The position numbers were made by a program, and so were the translations under genes. 64,000 nt of DNA from Amphiscolops sp. MND2022 (Eukaryota). This document shows, in pieces, positions 62,337 through 64,000 of the stretch (positions are counted from its first letter, which is position 1; the number at the start of each line of letters is the position of its first letter). The notes under the pieces were generated by a model. That model did no database searches and was not told the DNA's origin. It was given only the letters and a program-made list of their open reading frames with translations. The stretch is taken from NCBI GenBank assembly GCA_964187785.1, contig OZ076409.1, positions 38,318,001-38,382,000 of the forward strand. Direction: 5' to 3'.

Positions 62337-64000
62337 AATAGCAAACCGGTTTACAAAAGTCCTCAATGAACTTGGGGTTTCAAGGTCAAACTTTCATCCA
62401 ACTAGTTACATATAGTCAAGGGCAAGAGGTGGAGGCTCAAAAGGCGAAGGCATTCTGGGAAGGGAGTGGTCTCAACCAAGAATTGGTGGGTCATCAAATA
62501 ATTGCATTAATAGTTTTAAGCCCATATAGCATTATGCAAAGGAAAGTATTTTAGTCAGCCTCGTTTTTTTCACATTATTTGCCATGTCCCAAATTTATTA
62601 TAGTCAAATTGAGAGTGTCAACCATAAAAATCAACTCACCTAATTTTGGATTTTAGATTTGACCCCAAATTAACCAAATACAAAAAATTCGAAGTTTACC
62701 AAGTTATAACGTTTTCATACAAGTTTTGTCTACTTTTGGTTAAGCTACGCGGATTAAAAAGTTGAAAACAATCAACAAGGCAAGAATTCGTTGTGCAGTA
62801 GTCTGTCATGAAGGCCTAAATTAGAGTTTTTTAACATAAAAATTCTCAAAATTTTAAAGTCCAGAATATTCCAAATTTTAATGTTATGGACAAAAACCAT
62901 ATTTCGTCAAAGTTTCAGAGGACACCGAGGATTAGTGTGTGAAAACTGTTAAACTAGCGATCTTTTCGCTGTCCAGTTGGATTTGTCGATAAAAATAACT
63001 TCAAATTCAATTTGCGATAGAAAAGGCTTCAAATGGACATGAAATGTCATCTTGAAGAATCACTGAAATTGTAGAGTTTTTTAGCATTTTTTCTATGCAA
63101 TTTAAGTACAAGTTCCGAGATGCCTCTAGATTTGAGGTTTCCAAATGTCCAAAAATGACAACTCTCAAATGGCTGTGCAGTACGCCTTTTCAAATTCCAC
63201 ATCGCAGTGTTTTCTTTCAAAGACAATTCAGACTTTTCTCCAAATTTCAACTTCTGTAAACATTTTGAAAAGTTCCAGAGTCAGAAGGTTGAAAACCTCA
63301 AACAACGATCGATCTCGTTACCAATAGGCTTTCTCGAAGTCATGTTTCCAGACTTCTGTTAGAAAAGACCTTAAAATTGACCGCATAAACTCAAAAATGT
63401 TAGCAGTTTAGCCGACTTTTGACATTTCCAGTGATTCATTCTTATTCGGAACTTTACTGTAGAAAAGAGCGACTTAGATAGCGATTAATAAATTCTGGTA
63501 AAATAATGGCCCGGAAAAACTCCAAATGATACGCTAGATTCTCAGCGCGCTTTTTGAAGTCAAATTTGCAGTTTTCATAGTAGTAGGTTTTGCCTCAGAA
63601 GGACTTAAAAAATGCGAAATACTCAGAATTTTAATTTTTTTACTTTTTTGCATCTTTTTGTACAGTCTATTGGGCAATTGCATTCCATGAAAAATTTTCT
63701 AAAATAGAAATTCGATTGACATGATCGTTGAAACAACAAAGTCTTCAAAACGCATTTCGGGAACTTAAGTGTGATAAATTTTCCCGAATTCGACAAAAAT
63801 GGTGGTTAAAACACAGTATTTTCTCTCTTTTTTTCGACAGCGTACTGCCAGATTTGGACATTTTACGAATCTTTCGTCTAATTTGAAAAAAAATCTGAAA
63901 GAAACCTTCCTCGAAAATGTAATATTCTTTTTCAACTTTTTTGTTAACTATTCAATATTCAATATTTAAAAAGCTCCAAGCAAAATAATTAGCTAGGCAG

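Noticed and set aside
62340..64000. AT-rich tail of the window with short ORFs
   Set aside because: No recognisable coding motifs or paired termini within the window

Overview
AT-rich, repeat-dense genomic DNA from an invertebrate-type animal with spliceosomal GT-AG introns; the species cannot be determined here. The left 26 kb holds three host genes: a complete cathepsin L (+), the first three coding exons of epsilon-tubulin (-; the rest is not in the window, so the cathepsin may be nested in its intron) and a complete NDE1/NDEL1 (NudE) gene (-). They sit among many DINE-1/HINE-like and MITE repeats, with a decayed Ty3/gypsy relic at the left edge. From about 26.2 to 62.3 kb the sequence reads as one nested transposon pile inside an old gypsy element (A'). 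It contains several MITEs, a CR1-group LINE with intact ORFs, an interrupted hAT, a Penelope-like element with hammerhead-like motifs, a younger gypsy copy (A) and, inside that, an 18.2 kb gypsy element B (41299-59502, TSD CTCAC). Element B is the most unusual object. Its Gag frame starts inside the LTR, it has about 6 kb extra after pol carrying an intron-containing antisense gene that by eye resembles a catalytically dead hAT transposase with a zinc finger, and a divergent sense ORF reads through the PPT into the 3' LTR. All calls come from manual translation and motif recognition; no database searches were run.
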